From: Candidatus Aenigmatarchaeota archaeon
GTDB lineage: Archaea > Aenigmatarchaeota > Aenigmatarchaeia > CG10238-14 > SCSR01
NCBI GenBank assembly: GCA_038999725.1
Contig: JAWBWS010000002.1
Span: forward strand, 133,135-197,134
Reading direction: 5' to 3'
Length of the DNA stretch: 64,000 nt
Every line of letters starts with the position of its first letter. The first letter of the stretch is position 1. Positions 29,084 through 39,524 of the stretch are shown here, in pieces. The notes under the pieces are model-generated. The model made no database searches. It was not told the origin of the DNA and saw only the letters and a list, made by a program, of their open reading frames with translations. A program made the position numbers and the translations under genes.

Positions 29084-30529
29084 ATGGCTGAGCAAGAGGG
29101 AATTACTGTAAGAAAATTGGAAAATTTTTCGGAGTGGTACTCTCAAGTAGTCATAAAATCTGGTTTAGCTGATTATGGTCCCGTACAAGGTACAATAGCT
29201 ATAAGGGAGTATGGATATGAAATATGGGAAAAAATTCGAGAAATCTTTGACAAAATGCTTAGGGACTCTGGTCATAGAAATGCATATTTCCCATTGCTTA
29301 TACCTGAAAGTTTTTTGAAAAAAGAAGCCGAACATTTCAAGGGATTTGTTCCAGAGGTTTTTTGGGTAACACATTCCGGGGATAACAAGCTTGGTGAAAA
29401 GCTTGCAATAAGACCAACCTCGGAAACAATAATTTATCATTTTTACTCGAAATGGATAAGAAGTTGGAGAGATTTGCCTGTTTTGTTGAACCAATGGTGT
29501 AATATAACAAGAGCAGAAATAAAATCAACTAAACCTTTTATAAGAACGAGTGAATTTTTGTGGCAAGAGGGTCACACAGCCCATGCAACAAAAAAGGAGG
29601 CTGACGAAGAGGTGATTAAAATTTTAAAGTTTTACCAAGAGCTTATTGAAAACTACCTCGCTATACCTGTTATCGTTGGTAAAAAAAGTGAAAGAGAAAA
29701 ATTTGCAGGTGCTCTTTATACAACAACTTTAGAGGCGCTTATGCCTGATGGTAAAGCTTTGCAAATGGGTACTTCTCATAATTTGGGTCAAAATTTTTCG
29801 AAACCTTTCGAAATAAAATTTCTTGATAAAGATGGTAAAGAAAAATATGTTTGGCAAACCAGCTGGGGTATTTCTACTCGTTTGATTGGAGCAATAGTTA
29901 TGGTACACGGTGATGACAAAGGGCTTGTGATACCACCAAAAATTGCACCTATCAAAGTTGTTATTGTACCCATATTCTACAAAGAAATGGAAAAGAAGAA
30001 GGTTTTGGGGAAAGCCAAAGAATTTTTGGAAAAATTGAGAAAGGCTGGTATTTCAGCCTTTTTGGATGATAGGGAAATTTATACTCCTGGTTGGAAATTC
30101 AATGAATGGGAATTGAAAGGTGTGCCCATAAGAGTTGAAATTGGACCAAAAGACTTGAAGAAAAGACAAATCACATGCGTTAGAAGAGATAACTTCCAAA
30201 GGATTGAAGTGAAAGATAAACAAGCCATTAAGAAAATTTTTGAGTTGATGGAAAAAATACAAGAAGATTTGCTCAAGAAAGCAAAAGATTTTTTGAAAAA
30301 GAATACATTCATTCCTAAAGATTATGGAGAATTCAAAAAAATTTTGAAAGAAAAAGGGGGTTTTTTAAAGGCATGTTGGTGTGGTGAGGAGGGTTGTGAA
30401 GAAAAAATAAAAGAAGAGACTGGAGCTACAATCAGAGTAATCCCACTTAAAAAAGAAAAAGTATTTTCCAATTGCATTTGTTGTGGCAAAGAAGCAAAAG
30501 AAGTTGTTTATTTTGCTAAATCCTATTAA
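29084..30529 (+). CDS. proS: Proline--tRNA ligase, archaeal/eukaryal type
   Basis: RPTSET, FIRTSEFLWQEGH, QMGTSHNLGQNF, SWGISTR, C-terminal Zn Cys and YFAKSY end. Confidence 0.97.
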   Translation: MAEQEGITVRKLENFSEWYSQVVIKSGLADYGPVQGTIAIREYGYEIWEKIREIFDKMLRDSGHRNAYFPLLIPESFLKKEAEHFKGFVPEVFWVTHSGDNKLGEKLAIRPTSETIIYHFYSKWIRSWRDLPVLLNQWCNITRAEIKSTKPFIRTSEFLWQEGHTAHATKKEADEEVIKILKFYQELIENYLAIPVIVGKKSEREKFAGALYTTTLEALMPDGKALQMGTSHNLGQNFSKPFEIKFLDKDGKEKYVWQTSWGISTRLIGAIVMVHGDDKGLVIPPKIAPIKVVIVPIFYKEMEKKKVLGKAKEFLEKLRKAGISAFLDDREIYTPGWKFNEWELKGVPIRVEIGPKDLKKRQITCVRRDNFQRIEVKDKQAIKKIFELMEKIQEDLLKKAKDFLKKNTFIPKDYGEFKKILKEKGGFLKACWCGEEGCEEKIKEETGATIRVIPLKKEKVFSNCICCGKEAKEVVYFAKSY

Positions 30530-30620
30530 ATTAAAGGGAGGAAAATTGGTATTAGGGGTACCCGAAATCTATTTAAAACCAAATGTGTAATTAAAATTAT
30601 CCAATTTCTTGGGTGATACT

Positions 30621-31262
30621 TTGGTAAAATTGGGTGAAGAAAAACTTGATGTAATGAAAACAGGAACAACTACAGTAGGTTTGATTTGCAAGGATGGAGT
30701 AGTGTTGGCTGCAGAAAAAAAGTCGACCATGGGTTATCTTGTTGCAAGCAAAGAATCAGAAAAGATATTGCCCATCGCTGATCACATTGCGATGACTATA
30801 GCTGGAGTGAGTGGTGATGCACAAACTTTGGCAAGATACATGAAAGCTGAGATTAAGCTGTTTGAAATTCAAAATCGAAGGAGAATTTCTGTTAAAGGTG
30901 CAACAATTTTACTCTCGAACATCCTACAGGGAAATAAATTCTTCCCTTTCTATGTTCAATTAATCTTGGCAGGTTTTGATGAATTCGGGCCAAAAATATT
31001 CAGCTTGGATGCAATCGGGGGCTGGGAAGAAGAGAAAAAATTCTTTTCAACAGGCTCAGGCTCACCTATAGCTTTAGGTGTACTTGAAGATAGTTATAGA
31101 GACAATATTTCTGTTGAGGAAGGAAAGAAAATTGCCTTAAGAGCAATAAAGGCTGCTGTAGAGCGTGATATAGCATCTGGTGGAAAGGGCGTTGATGTAG
31201 CCATTATAACAAAGGATGGAATTAAGATCATAAAGTACGAGTCTATAGGGGATATTGAATAA
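30621..31262 (+). CDS. psmB: Proteasome subunit beta
   Basis: Propeptide cleavage site KTG/TTTVG, GDAQ, TGSGS, RDIASG. Start uncertain; TTG 30621 follows a GGTGA. Confidence 0.95.
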   Translation: MVKLGEEKLDVMKTGTTTVGLICKDGVVLAAEKKSTMGYLVASKESEKILPIADHIAMTIAGVSGDAQTLARYMKAEIKLFEIQNRRRISVKGATILLSNILQGNKFFPFYVQLILAGFDEFGPKIFSLDAIGGWEEEKKFFSTGSGSPIALGVLEDSYRDNISVEEGKKIALRAIKAAVERDIASGGKGVDVAIITKDGIKIIKYESIGDIE

Positions 31263-31275
31263 ACTTGTGATTGGG

Positions 31276-33144
31276 ATGGAAATTCTGAAAAGGGTAGAGG
31301 CATCTTTGCCAAAAGAAGTGGTAAGTAGAATAGAACTTGAAGGATCGGAAATTATAGTTTACACCAAGGATAAAGATTTTTTCAAAACATGTGAAAGTAC
31401 AATAAAACAAATAGTAAGTGAGATTAAAAAGAGAATTGAAGTTAGGCTTGAAAAAGATCTTTGTCTAGATGAAGAAGCTGCTAAAAAAAGGATAATGGAA
31501 ATTGTGCCTGAAGATGCAAAAATAAAAGACATATATTTTGAGCCTGAAAGAAGCCTAGTAATTATAGCAGCAGAGAAGCCTGGTGTAGTGATTGGAAAAA
31601 ATGGTGAAACCTTTAAAAAAATTAAGGCTGAAGTTCTGTGGACTCCAAGAATAGAAAGAGTCCCACCTATAAAGTCTGAGGTGATAAATGGTATAAGAAA
31701 AGTTTTGCATGCCGAGAGTAAGTTTAGGAAGAAATACTTGAACGAAATTGGAAAGAAAATTTTTGGCGAAAGGGTCACAAATAGAGATTGGATTAGGGTA
31801 ATAGTACTTGGTGGCTCTAGAGAAGTTGGAAGAAGTTGTTTGCTTGTGGAGACACCAAAATCAAAAGTTTTATTGGATTGTGGAATATCTGTTGGAGCAT
31901 CAAATGCAAACCAATATCCTATATTTAACACAAAAGAATTTGATTACAATGAACTTGATGCTATAATTGTTTCTCATGCTCATCTTGATCATTGTGGCTT
32001 TATTCCGGCACTGGTTGAGCGAGGTTATGATGGGCCAATTTACATGACTGCTCCAACTGTTGATTTATCAACCTTGTTATGGCTTGACTACATTGACGTC
32101 ATGCAAAAAAGTATAACTACACCTTTCTTCACAGCAAAAGGTGTGAAAGAAGTTGTAAAACATACTATACCTCTTGAATTCGGTGAGGTTTCTGATGTTG
32201 CTCCTGATATAAGATTGACATTCCAGAATGCTGGCCACATCATCGGAAGTGGCTTGATTCATTTACACATCGGTGAAGGTCTTCACAATATTGTTTATGC
32301 TTTGGATCAAAAATTCGGAAAAACGGCTTTGCTTGAGCCAGCATTCACCAATTTTCAAAGGATTGAAACATTAATAATTGAATCCACGTATGGTGGAGAA
32401 AGGGATGTCATGCCATCAAGACTAGAAACCGAAAAGCAGTTGATGAATGTGATAAATTCAACTATGGAAAATAGGGGGATTTGTTTAATTCCTTCTTTCT
32501 CTGTGGAAAGAGCCCAGGAAGTAATGGCAATTCTGGTTGAGAACAATTTCCAATATCCTGTCTTCATTGATGGAATGATTTGGGATGCCAATGGAATTTT
32601 TACAGCCTATCCAGAATATCTTTCAAGAAGTATGCAGAAGAAGATTTTTTCTGGTGAAAATCTCTTCTTGAACCCCATTTTTAGGAGGATTGCCTCGCCG
32701 AGTGAAAGGGAAAAAGCTTGGGAAGATAAACCTTGTGTGATAATTTCAACCAGTGGAATGTTAATTGGAGGTCCTGTGATGGAACATTTGAAAGCCTTGG
32801 CTGAAGACCCAAAAAATACTTTGATATTTGTCGGCTATCAATGTGAAGGGACGCTTGGAAGAAGAATACAAAAGGGGTGGAGAGAAATTCCCATGAAGAC
32901 TGAAGATGGGAAGCTTATATCTATTGAGATGAAGATGAATGTTCAAACCATAGAAGGGTTAAGCGGTCACTCCGATCGCAATCAATTGCTTGCTTTCATT
33001 CACAAGCTTGCTTCTAGACCGGATAGGGTGATAATTATGCATGGTGAAGCTCAGAAGTCTTTGGAGCTTGCTAGAGCTATTCACAGGATATTCAGAATCG
33101 AAACAAATGTCCCAAGAAACCTTGAAAGTTTAAGACTTAAGTAA
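31276..33144 (+). CDS. fttA: Beta-CASP ribonuclease aCPSF1 (transcription termination factor FttA)
   Basis: Two N-terminal KH domains, REVGRSC, SHAHLDH, AGHIIGS, ESTYG, SGHSD, HGE; conserved position next to psmB. Confidence 0.93.
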   Translation: MEILKRVEASLPKEVVSRIELEGSEIIVYTKDKDFFKTCESTIKQIVSEIKKRIEVRLEKDLCLDEEAAKKRIMEIVPEDAKIKDIYFEPERSLVIIAAEKPGVVIGKNGETFKKIKAEVLWTPRIERVPPIKSEVINGIRKVLHAESKFRKKYLNEIGKKIFGERVTNRDWIRVIVLGGSREVGRSCLLVETPKSKVLLDCGISVGASNANQYPIFNTKEFDYNELDAIIVSHAHLDHCGFIPALVERGYDGPIYMTAPTVDLSTLLWLDYIDVMQKSITTPFFTAKGVKEVVKHTIPLEFGEVSDVAPDIRLTFQNAGHIIGSGLIHLHIGEGLHNIVYALDQKFGKTALLEPAFTNFQRIETLIIESTYGGERDVMPSRLETEKQLMNVINSTMENRGICLIPSFSVERAQEVMAILVENNFQYPVFIDGMIWDANGIFTAYPEYLSRSMQKKIFSGENLFLNPIFRRIASPSEREKAWEDKPCVIISTSGMLIGGPVMEHLKALAEDPKNTLIFVGYQCEGTLGRRIQKGWREIPMKTEDGKLISIEMKMNVQTIEGLSGHSDRNQLLAFIHKLASRPDRVIIMHGEAQKSLELARAIHRIFRIETNVPRNLESLRLK

Positions 33145-34425
33145 TTAATATGGATAGGTTAGACCTAAGACAAAATTGTAAACCTCAAACATATCTATGT
33201 TTTGGATGTTGACGTAAGAAGAAGAAAAGCCTTTTTTTATCGGTGATGGAAGAATAGTTGATTTTTTCTTAGAAGCCCAAAGCAATAGAGAAAGCAACAA
33301 GTTCTTTTCTTCATCTGAAGGACCCTCTCCCAAATCATACATCCAAACAACTCTTGAAGAATTTAAAATCACAGCCGGGAATTCCTTCCCCGCTTTAATA
33401 CTCTTCAAGAGAATTCTTTCTTCTTTATTGTCAATTGGTGTGATGTTTACAATATAAATTCCACTATCCCTTTTAAAAGATAAATAATCTGAAAAATTGT
33501 ATTCTGGCCTGAAGGAAATTGCTATGCTCGAATTTCCGTGAATATAACTTAAGGTAAAATTCATTCCCATAATCCTAAAGGTTTCATGTATATTCACGAG
33601 GGTGTCTTCTACTCCATCGGCATTTGTATCAAACCAAACTGAAGTTGAGTTACATATCCAGAACCAATAGTTTGTTCTATTCAAATAAAAGTTACCTTTG
33701 CCCGAAGGTTGATAGTCACATCCTACCAAAGATTGATATGAAGAAATGTTAATTGGAAGTGGTACATGGTAAAAATATTTGTAGGGAAAATATGTTATAT
33801 TCTCCACGCTTGTTGGTTTTGAAAAAATCATATATTCAGCACTACCTGATTCAAATCCACTCCATTTTATCCCAAATATTGTTTGTTGTGTGATATCCAC
33901 TTTTTCTTGATCATCAAAATCCATCATCTCGACAATACCAACACCCCTTCTCAAGTAATTTTTTAAATTTTGCAAATAGGAGGTGAGGTTTTTATAGCCT
34001 CTTATCAGTAAAACATCAGCTTCGTTTGGAATTTCTTCAAGATTGGACCTTTGGAACAAAAAATAAACCCTCCTGTTGTTTATGGTCAAGTTGGTAAACC
34101 AAAAATTCATCTCATTTATTTGATTTTCCGTACAATTACAAGCTATTGTTATTATGTTTGGGAATGTGCCCTCTATCTCAGACCAAGGAATTAGGTTAAT
34201 CTCACTTACATTGTTCAAAAAATCTGATAAAGCTTTTTGATTGAAAGAATATTCGTACATTTTTCCCATTCTATCAATTGTTAAAATCATGTCCCTTGAG
34301 TTTATCAAAATATTTGCCTCTCTCCATTTATTTTTGTAAGCGAAGCCAGGAAAAAATGCTCCAAAAGCTATGAATAAAGCTATTGCCACGGTTATGAATT
34401 CGATTAAGATTATTTGAGCCTTCAT
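33145..34425 (-). CDS. Large pilin-like protein with class III signal peptide (putative minor pilin/adhesin)
   Basis: MKAQ-IILIEF plus hydrophobic helix; many N-glycosylation sequons; last gene of the pilus operon; GGTGA RBS. Confidence 0.7.
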   Translation of the reverse strand: MKAQIILIEFITVAIALFIAFGAFFPGFAYKNKWREANILINSRDMILTIDRMGKMYEYSFNQKALSDFLNNVSEINLIPWSEIEGTFPNIITIACNCTENQINEMNFWFTNLTINNRRVYFLFQRSNLEEIPNEADVLLIRGYKNLTSYLQNLKNYLRRGVGIVEMMDFDDQEKVDITQQTIFGIKWSGFESGSAEYMIFSKPTSVENITYFPYKYFYHVPLPINISSYQSLVGCDYQPSGKGNFYLNRTNYWFWICNSTSVWFDTNADGVEDTLVNIHETFRIMGMNFTLSYIHGNSSIAISFRPEYNFSDYLSFKRDSGIYIVNITPIDNKEERILLKSIKAGKEFPAVILNSSRVVWMYDLGEGPSDEEKNLLLSLLLWASKKKSTILPSPIKKGFSSSYVNIQNIDMFEVYNFVLGLTYPY

Positions 34426-34427
34426 AT

Positions 34428-34928
34428 TCACCAAACCTGTAATAACAGGCTGCCGTATTTAATATCACCATCTCTAAATGCAATTACCCTTCTTATGGTT
34501 GTATTAATGCCACGTGGATATACTACACTCGGTATGCAAGAATATGTTTTACCTTCATTATCTTTTAAAATCACAATAAAATCAAAATCAGTGTTAAGCT
34601 TTTCTTTTATCTTTGTATAGTTTGCAGAACAATTAGAAAAAAATGAAGATATTTTAATTCCAGAAAGAAAATTTGTCACATTTTTTGTTTCATCCGAAAG
34701 ACCTATTCTCTTCACATTATCAAAGTTTACATACCAATTAGCTGGTTCCCCAGGATCATTAATCAACAGTTCGGAGAGTTGAAAAGCTTCAGATCTCATC
34801 CTCTCTGCCCTAATTTCATTCAAATAATTTGGGAGAAATAGGGAAATTTGAAAGGAAATGTAGGTGGCAAAACCTATGAAGATTACCAGAGAAGTGATAA
34901 ATTCAACAAAACTAATTTGGGCTTTCAT
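34428..34928 (-). CDS. Minor pilin-like protein (class III signal peptide)
   Basis: MKAQ-ISFVEF plus hydrophobic helix; PGEPANW...IGL motif; ends in QVW. Confidence 0.75.
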   Translation of the reverse strand: MKAQISFVEFITSLVIFIGFATYISFQISLFLPNYLNEIRAERMRSEAFQLSELLINDPGEPANWYVNFDNVKRIGLSDETKNVTNFLSGIKISSFFSNCSANYTKIKEKLNTDFDFIVILKDNEGKTYSCIPSVVYPRGINTTIRRVIAFRDGDIKYGSLLLQVW

Positions 34929-35867
34929 CTAGGCACCAATGAAATTCAAAACTTTGAGTAATAACAAAATTCCCCAGACAGCTATTGTCAATATGAGAGC
35001 GTGCCTAAGTCCCACAAAAACAGACCTTCTTGTTATTTCACCTATAACTACACCACAAGTTATGGCAATAATCGTATTTATGTAAAAGAAAATTGAAATA
35101 TAGTAGCCACTTATGTTTTCTGGGTCTTCGATTCCAAAGAGATATTTTGCTGGGATTGAAAAAATTTCGCACACGGGGGTAGGATTGTTTGCACAGGGGC
35201 TGGTGAAGATTTGAGTTTCACCATAAATTTGGGAAGTGTGAAAGATGGGTATCATTAATCTGTTGATTGCAACAAATATCGCAAGGAAAACAAAAACTAG
35301 GGTGTAAGTTAACATTACATATTGGTTCAGCAGGCTTGCCCTTTCTTTTCCTATATCATTGAATTGAGTAAGGTTCTCAGCAACAGAATTTAAAGTAGAG
35401 ACTACATCACCTCCCGTGAAGTAAGACTCTCTCAAAATTTTTAAAGAAATGTAAAGTTTTTTGCTTGACCTAACTCTTTCTATAAATTGATCAAGAACTT
35501 TATCCACAGGTATGTTCCAGGAAAGTTGATTTGCCATTTTCTTGACTTCCTTTGAAAGTTCACCATAATCTATTTCACTGCAAGATATTATGGCTTTGTG
35601 GAAGGGAAGCCCAGAATTTATGGCCTCGATTAAATCTCTAAGAAAAGACGGCATTTTTTCTTCCATCTCTCTTATAGCTTTCTCTCTTTGATACCTTAAG
35701 ATGATGAAAGGTAAAATCAACATGAAAGCGAATAAAATCAAAGCATTAGAAATAACCCCTCTTCTTGTCTTCTCATCAGGACTCAGTGACCCCAAAATAA
35801 TTAAAAATGCTGTTATTGAAATTGCAATGACTATTATCCTTTGCTCTATCGTCAATTTAATTTTCAA
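34929..35867 (-). CDS. Type II/IV secretion system F-family platform protein (TadC-like)
   Basis: MPSFLRDL...SGLP...YGELSKEV pattern with TM helices. Confidence 0.85.
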   Translation of the reverse strand: MKIKLTIEQRIIVIAISITAFLIILGSLSPDEKTRRGVISNALILFAFMLILPFIILRYQREKAIREMEEKMPSFLRDLIEAINSGLPFHKAIISCSEIDYGELSKEVKKMANQLSWNIPVDKVLDQFIERVRSSKKLYISLKILRESYFTGGDVVSTLNSVAENLTQFNDIGKERASLLNQYVMLTYTLVFVFLAIFVAINRLMIPIFHTSQIYGETQIFTSPCANNPTPVCEIFSIPAKYLFGIEDPENISGYYISIFFYINTIIAITCGVVIGEITRRSVFVGLRHALILTIAVWGILLLLKVLNFIGA

Positions 35868-36736
35868 TCAATCTCACCCGGTGCAGATACTTTTACAAGA
35901 TAAATAAACATAACAGAAACTGCTGGCAAAAACACGAAGATTAAGAAAAATTGGACTAATAAAATTTGTTGCCCTGTTCCAGAAATTCCCGCAACTATAG
36001 ATGTTAGAATTAGAAAGAAGACCGAACCCAAAATAACTGAAGTGATGAAAATTTCTATATAAATCCCAAGTTGATGAGAAAAATCACGCAACTTTGTCCT
36101 ATACTCTGACATAAAATTCCTAGATTTTTCTCTCAGGTAAACTTCTATATCTCCACCGGTTAGGTTTGTGGTTAAAATCCCCCACAAGAGTTCTTTTAGA
36201 TTTTTTGATGGTGACCTTTCCACAGCTCTTTCTATTGCTGTGTTAACATCTAGACCAAACATCTTCACATCATTGTTTATTGCCGAAATTTCTTTTGTTA
36301 TTTCATCATAACCACCAAATTTGGAGAATGTCTCAAATATTTTGTCTAGAGGCAATTTACTACTTGCAAGAATTGCAAGGTGTATGGCTGCAAATGAAAT
36401 TTGGTCATCAATTTTTTTTGCTTTCCGATTTATCAAAATCTTAGGGTAATTAACATATGCTATGAAGAAAATGGAAAGAAGAAAAAAACAAGCTGTTATA
36501 GAGGAAAGAAAACCAAACAAAAAACTCTGAAGAAAATATGCAAAAATAACCGAAAGAACCGGTAGGCTTATTACAAAAATTACCACAATCATAAAAATTC
36601 CATAACTTATAAATTCTTTAACTGATAGTTTTATTCCAGCCCTCTTCAAATCAGATTTCAAATCAGGTAGATAAGGTAAAACTGCCTCTGTTATTGGATG
36701 AAAAAATCTCAAAGAAATTCTACCCAATTTCATCAT
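35864..36736 (-). CDS. Type II/IV secretion system F-family platform protein (TadB/C-like)
   Basis: LKRAGI, FGLDVNTAI...SPSKNLKELLWG; TM helices; directly downstream of the ATPase. Confidence 0.85.
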   Translation of the reverse strand: MMKLGRISLRFFHPITEAVLPYLPDLKSDLKRAGIKLSVKEFISYGIFMIVVIFVISLPVLSVIFAYFLQSFLFGFLSSITACFFLLSIFFIAYVNYPKILINRKAKKIDDQISFAAIHLAILASSKLPLDKIFETFSKFGGYDEITKEISAINNDVKMFGLDVNTAIERAVERSPSKNLKELLWGILTTNLTGGDIEVYLREKSRNFMSEYRTKLRDFSHQLGIYIEIFITSVILGSVFFLILTSIVAGISGTGQQILLVQFFLIFVFLPAVSVMFIYLVKVSAPGEID

Positions 36737-38502
36737 AAACCTCCTTTTATAGAAGACAAGAGCCTAGATGGATTTTTATAGTAGAGGTTTATGATGCTGC
36801 AAAATTCCTCATAATCCAAGACATTATTTCTTTGCAACCAATCCAGAACAAGCATCCTTCTCTCCAACTCTTCCTTGATTTCTTTTTCAGAGAGCCCTGT
36901 TAATTCTGAAATCCTTTTCAAAATAACACTTTCATTACATGTCTCGAATTTATCTGTGTTCGGATTCCATTTGAAAACTCTATTGAAAATTGGTGTTTTA
37001 GTTTTTTCATCTATTCCACATACTTCCATGATTTCTGTTATCCTTCTAACTTGTTTGTTTTTGTATCTTGTGAGAAGCATGAAGACTATAACATCAACGC
37101 TAGACACAAGGCTTGGAGGCAAACTTATTGGTGGTGTTGTTAATCTATCTAACAGTTTCGGTACATTTTCAGCATGAATTGTAGCAAGACTTGGATGGCC
37201 TGTTGCCATTTCTTGGAATAGAACATAAGCCTCTTTTCCTCTAACTTCACCCACAATTATGTAATCTGGTCTTTGTCTCAAACTTTCCTTTAGCAAATCG
37301 AATAAATCTATTTCACCAGCCTTTCTTCCAAACTCTGTACCTATTGCTGTTCTTGCCACATGTGGTACCCAATGGGGATGGGGCAACATGAGCTCTGGTG
37401 TATCCTCTATCGATACTATTTTTTCCTCCGGTCTTATGAAAAGTGAGAGCACATTCAACAAAGTGGTCTTACCTGAAGCCGTGCCACCCGAAACCAATAC
37501 ACTCTTCCCCATGTCAACAACAAACCAAAGATATGCCAAAATCTTTATATCTAGGGTTTTATAGCCAAGGAGATGAATTGGTGTTAGTGGCTTTTCCGTG
37601 AATTTTCTTAAGGTAAAATTGCTTCCTCTCCTTGCTATATCTGTTGCAAGAGTAGCTTGAACTCTACTCCCATCTGGAAGTGAACCTGAAAGTAGAGGAT
37701 TTGTTATGGATATAGATTTGCCACAGAGTTGGGCAAGCCTCATCACAAAAGAGTCTAGCTCTTCCGCACTTTCAAAAACAATATTTGTTATTAAAGAGCC
37801 AAGAAGGGGATTTCTGTGGAATATAAAAACTGGAATGTTGACACCATCACAACTTATATCTTCTATTTGGTCATCTTTCATCAAAGGATCTATTTTCCCA
37901 AGACCTATGAAATCCCTCTCTATGTAATATTGTAAAATTATCTTCTCTGTATCACCCAACCTGAAGCCTAAATAATCTACAATCTCTGAAATCTGTTTCT
38001 TAAGGTATTCTTTTGCTTCAATGGTTTTAAGTTTAGAGAAATCTACATCTAGCTTTTCTTCCATAATTTCTTTAATTTTCCTCAAAAGATCTTTGAGTTT
38101 ATCTGTGAGGGGAGGTTCAACAACTTGATAAACATATCTACCAGCCTCTTCATCCCAATAGATTTTGGCATAAGCCAAAACATGTTCACCTTTTTTTGGA
38201 TTTTTAGGAACAAGCGGTTGGATCAAAGTTATTCTTGCTTTTTCTTCTTCTTCAATTTCTCTTGGCTTAACCCTAGATGGAACATATTCCGGAATTTTTA
38301 TTCCTGAAATTTCTTTGATTTCCTCTACTTTCTTTTCTTTCTCAAGCTCGACTGGTATCTTTATTGGTTGTAGAATTGGTTGGACTGAAACTTTAATCGC
38401 TTCTTCTGGTTTAACAATTTGCCCAATAGGTTGCTCTGCCTGGCTAGAAACTTTTTTATATCCCTTGACAAGTGTTAGAAAAAAATTTGCAAGTGGATTC
38501 AT
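36733..38502 (-). CDS. Type IV pilus assembly ATPase (VirB11/TadA/ArlI-like)
   Basis: IEDISCDG, LPDGSRV, GGTASGKTT, IEDTPEL, LRQRPDYIIVGEVRG, ATGH...TIHA. Confidence 0.93.
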   Translation of the reverse strand: MNPLANFFLTLVKGYKKVSSQAEQPIGQIVKPEEAIKVSVQPILQPIKIPVELEKEKKVEEIKEISGIKIPEYVPSRVKPREIEEEEKARITLIQPLVPKNPKKGEHVLAYAKIYWDEEAGRYVYQVVEPPLTDKLKDLLRKIKEIMEEKLDVDFSKLKTIEAKEYLKKQISEIVDYLGFRLGDTEKIILQYYIERDFIGLGKIDPLMKDDQIEDISCDGVNIPVFIFHRNPLLGSLITNIVFESAEELDSFVMRLAQLCGKSISITNPLLSGSLPDGSRVQATLATDIARRGSNFTLRKFTEKPLTPIHLLGYKTLDIKILAYLWFVVDMGKSVLVSGGTASGKTTLLNVLSLFIRPEEKIVSIEDTPELMLPHPHWVPHVARTAIGTEFGRKAGEIDLFDLLKESLRQRPDYIIVGEVRGKEAYVLFQEMATGHPSLATIHAENVPKLLDRLTTPPISLPPSLVSSVDVIVFMLLTRYKNKQVRRITEIMEVCGIDEKTKTPIFNRVFKWNPNTDKFETCNESVILKRISELTGLSEKEIKEELERRMLVLDWLQRNNVLDYEEFCSIINLYYKNPSRLLSSIKGGL

Positions 38503-38922
38503 TCACATTACCTCTATTTTATTATTTGTCTTGTTAAATGTTAAAATTATAGGTTTATTCGAGGAAGAGCGCCCTGCTATGGTTAGGGTATAGCCCAAAA
38601 GGTTATGTGCAGTTGTGTTGAGTGAGATTGGGATTGTGGTGATATTCAGCCTACTTCCTTCACCAATAATACCAAGAGCATATCCAGCTGTTGTGTTGTA
38701 GACACTTACATTCAAATTTATCAAGTCACACTCCTTGCAAGAAGCCATTGTTATGATTACTGAGGATAGATAGCTGCTGGTGAGGTTTATCCCTGAAGAT
38801 AAAATCCTATCTCTAAAAAGGTCTGATTGGTATCTGAAAAATGAACCTAGAGAAATGAAGATGGAAAAACCTATAAGAAAAAATAGGAGAAATTGAACAA
38901 CTATGCTTTGCCCTTTATCCAT
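38503..38922 (-). CDS. Pilin-like protein (class III signal peptide)
   Basis: MDKG-QSIVVQF plus hydrophobic helix; ATG 38922 preferred to track start 38949. Confidence 0.7.
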   Translation of the reverse strand: MDKGQSIVVQFLLFFLIGFSIFISLGSFFRYQSDLFRDRILSSGINLTSSYLSSVIITMASCKECDLINLNVSVYNTTAGYALGIIGEGSRLNITTIPISLNTTAHNLLGYTLTIAGRSSSNKPIILTFNKTNNKIEVM

Positions 38923-38926
38923 CCTC

Positions 38927-39520
38927 TCATAAAAGAATTTCGACGTCAATTATAATTAAAGTATCTGGTGTTATTGCCCTTTGAGATATTTTTATGGTTT
39001 TTGATGTGGATGTGGTGATACCAGCTGACTTGAGTTGTATCTTAAGACCTTTTGTGTGATCAGTATTCCAAAGCTCTCTGCAACCAATTTGATAAGTTAT
39101 GTTGTATCCATCTCCCATTGAGTCTGCACGTGTGCAAACAACACAAGGCTCGTTAAGACCCAGTATCCCACTCTGTCCATTAAACCCATTTGGTTGACAT
39201 TCTCCACCACCTATCCAAAGACCAGTTGCTTTATCTGTAGCTTTACTGAAGAAAGTGAAGCTCAACATGTTCTTGCCTTCATCTATTGACCAAACCCCTC
39301 CAGCATTGATGGTAAATACTTCTGACCCACCTGTGTTAGCCACATACTTTATTTTTTGTATGAGGTCTTGGGTGATGAGATGGTTTACCCTTGCAACCAT
39401 AGCAGAGTCTTGTCTCTTTTGAATCAAAGGAAGTCCCCACATTAAAGCTGTTGTGGTTAAACCCAACGCGATTAAAACAATTATAGCTGCCGAAACTATG
39501 TCCGCCTGAGCTTTGTTCAT
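38927..39520 (-). CDS. Pilin-like protein (class III signal peptide)
   Basis: MNKA-QADIVSAAIIVLIALG...WGLPLI; four Cys in the globular part. Confidence 0.75.
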   Translation of the reverse strand: MNKAQADIVSAAIIVLIALGLTTTALMWGLPLIQKRQDSAMVARVNHLITQDLIQKIKYVANTGGSEVFTINAGGVWSIDEGKNMLSFTFFSKATDKATGLWIGGGECQPNGFNGQSGILGLNEPCVVCTRADSMGDGYNITYQIGCRELWNTDHTKGLKIQLKSAGITTSTSKTIKISQRAITPDTLIIIDVEILL

Positions 39521-39524
39521 AAAC

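Noticed and set aside
28925..29146. 73-aa minus-strand ORF overlapping the proS start
   Set aside because: Spans a divergent promoter region and is antisense to proS; composition is not gene-like.
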